Source: Patescibacteria group bacterium (GTDB lineage: Bacteria; Patescibacteriota; UBA1384; UBA12157; JAENIV01). From it: a stretch of DNA of 64,000 bases. Under the pieces are notes generated by a model. It ran no database searches and had not been told where the DNA came from. It worked only from the letters and a program-made list of their open reading frames with translations. The stretch spans positions 36,524 to 100,523 of the forward strand of contig JBEKTP010000002.1 in the NCBI GenBank assembly GCA_049515915.1. The letters are read 5' to 3'. Both the position numbers and the translations under genes were made by a program. This document shows positions 63,401 through 64,000 of the stretch, one piece after another; the stretch's first letter is position 1, and each line of letters starts with the position of its first letter.

Positions 63401-63893
63401 AAACGAAACTATCGCCCAGCTTACCGACAGCGTCAGTAAACTGGATGCCGCCGTTCAAAAATTCAACGATGTCAGCGACAATATTCAATCGGCTGATCCT
63501 AATCAGGATATGCCTGAATCAGCTAAAAACCAATTACTTGATGCTTTAGCCGAAAGAGGAGCAGTGACCCCTTTGACTCGGCAAGCCCTTAGTACGGACG
63601 AGATGAAACTTCGCGCCGTCGCGGAAAAAATGATTATCGGCCTAAGGGGCGCAATTAATGCCCGCGGAGATAACGACAGACCATGGACCGAGGAAGAACT
63701 TTTGAGAGGAATATTAAAGGCGCAACGTTCAATTGATACTAGCTTAAATCAACCGACCGGTGAGGCTAACCAACCACCAAGCGGAGGACAAGCGCCGTCC
63801 ACTGGTGGGCAACAAAATCCGACACCGCCGACAACTCCAGCTAAACCGGGCGGAACCACCCAACCAATATCAGAGGCTGATCAGGAAGAGTAA
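60408..63893 (+). CDS. large membrane protein with an N-terminal VirB6/TrbL-like polytopic domain (~300 aa) and an ~850-aa hydrophilic extension ending in a P/T/G/Q-rich tail
   Basis: Signal peptide plus six to seven TM helices with a VirB6-like hydrophobicity pattern; starts 18 nt after the secreted-protein gene. Confidence 0.45.
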   Translation: MSNKTNRQWAKVFLAAVMAVGLLLIIFAPTVAHAAASDIRDSLISTGNGPYKDSVMLGWRICLGLADVFVTLILVFLAVVNIAHIQYDTYNLKKTLPWLIIGVILANFSLVICRMFVDAANVLTNTFATSNIVTNILKPLYVNLGLNYLAGATATVGLASLVGSLGTLTVAMGIMTLILLFLPLIGLLILLFLLYIRIALVLFLAIIAPIAFVMLAFPVTQTYFKQWWSWFLKWTFMKPICFFLLWAAVTLGKPPTSGITMVSFLITLALCYLSLIAPFKLGGAIMAGWGRVGRYITQTNKGGAVTNWAGRRKDQSGAELKTKFPRLFAGAEKDRLVTEQMQKTADSRVKQQAWKSPDLVAQTEKAETEESKLKDLMNKQMKAFETGEMKMNWLLRLKLAQIEWNGVRPKIQKKTSGQMASEKFDTAAALELSTKQLEAHRKDATWDAIINAGRGDRELDQRMEDLKKAGASLQTIDVDKNGKINPVTKYKYKIDEKTGEVEKDAQGNPVFDTDLQGNKILEVATYHDYMEQAAFVSMQALSEQDPTKKKNYFDSAAEIRKRAADFARQHQKTVDGKTIHYDAFMDKNQFGRIYSITTAHLLEEVSTNTLNENVHTMVDRFYNGGYGWRNNRGSHKDLINVARGDYSEVGTTAIAPAVAEFRTFLDFIGRKGGKDRGRFFAAFLEAIDGGEVYGDDNKGKLLESLLNKENSIRQGASDEFLAEAVASAARRGVASFAGLNFAQYGITTGSQPTNVLDILKQHGINSIDQIKAHPEIFRQLDLTPSNATRAQRNMLDGMADLLEESENFCGQGNPVAYTVRTKNRNHDDWFKDFAPIESKDVKRVLKRRSEKFAHDEVVNEQSSALTSSSPEQIISSANNDPIKASQKYSEAGANLATQENLQMDYFKMGSQPIDPTIFRNQLVQAITQSAATSFTGLQNELQQAFTGLQVTMPDIDTPQAVATFKQEVAATQQGLKNYASVTSMAQAADVRQYTGVTPNETIAQLTDSVSKLDAAVQKFNDVSDNIQSADPNQDMPESAKNQLLDALAERGAVTPLTRQALSTDEMKLRAVAEKMIIGLRGAINARGDNDRPWTEEELLRGILKAQRSIDTSLNQPTGEANQPPSGGQAPSTGGQQNPTPPTTPAKPGGTTQPISEADQEE

Positions 63894-63912
63894 TCATTAT
63901 CGTTCTCCTGCC

Positions 63913-63941
63913 TTGACAAAAAGATATTTTTTTGTTATTAT
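63913..63941 (+). promoter_or_regulatory. sigma-70-like promoter TTGACA-17-TATTAT pointing out of the window
   Basis: Hexamers and a 17-nt spacer read directly. Confidence 0.45.
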
Positions 63942-64000
63942 TTGATGTTTTCAAAAATCACCACCCTAATTCCTCATTACGGTTTTTGAGATGCATCTTT

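Overview
Low-GC, gene-dense bacterial window with short intergenic regions, many small and hypothetical proteins and weak or absent Shine-Dalgarno sites, consistent with a CPR/Patescibacteria-like genome. This lineage guess is inference only.

Recognisable backbone genes:
- Replication, recombination and division: rpoD-dnaG operon, recA/recX, ftsK, holA, stand-alone 5'-3' exonuclease, udg.
- RNA metabolism and translation: pnp/rpsO, rpsT, lepB, RNase J, nrnA, tsaD, valS, guaA, an MBL-fold RNase-Z-like hydrolase.
- Cell wall and surface: D-Ala-D-Ala carboxypeptidase, a Mur ligase with a Fem-like transferase, sortase, an SLH-repeat protein, a large SBBP beta-propeller repeat protein.
- Transport and signalling: an ABC-2 transporter, a two-component cluster, a type IV pilin-like gene.

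Notable items:
- A tRNA (most likely Asn-GUU) interrupted by a ~200-nt group I intron with recognisable P/Q/R/S elements.
- A ~521-aa LAGLIDADG intein inside PEP synthase.
- A GT4-LmbE deacetylase fusion sitting with a second GT4, a DedA protein and a PHP-phosphoesterase membrane protein.
- Several GC-rich compositional islands carrying orphan genes, one a FabZ-like double-hotdog protein, each with its own strong terminator hairpin.
- A ~230-bp inverted-repeat-bounded MITE-like element.
- A hicBA toxin-antitoxin pair that appears leaderless.
- A terminal locus with a secreted Cys-containing protein followed by a 1161-aa VirB6/TrbL-like membrane protein.

No CRISPR array, rRNA or transposase gene was seen.
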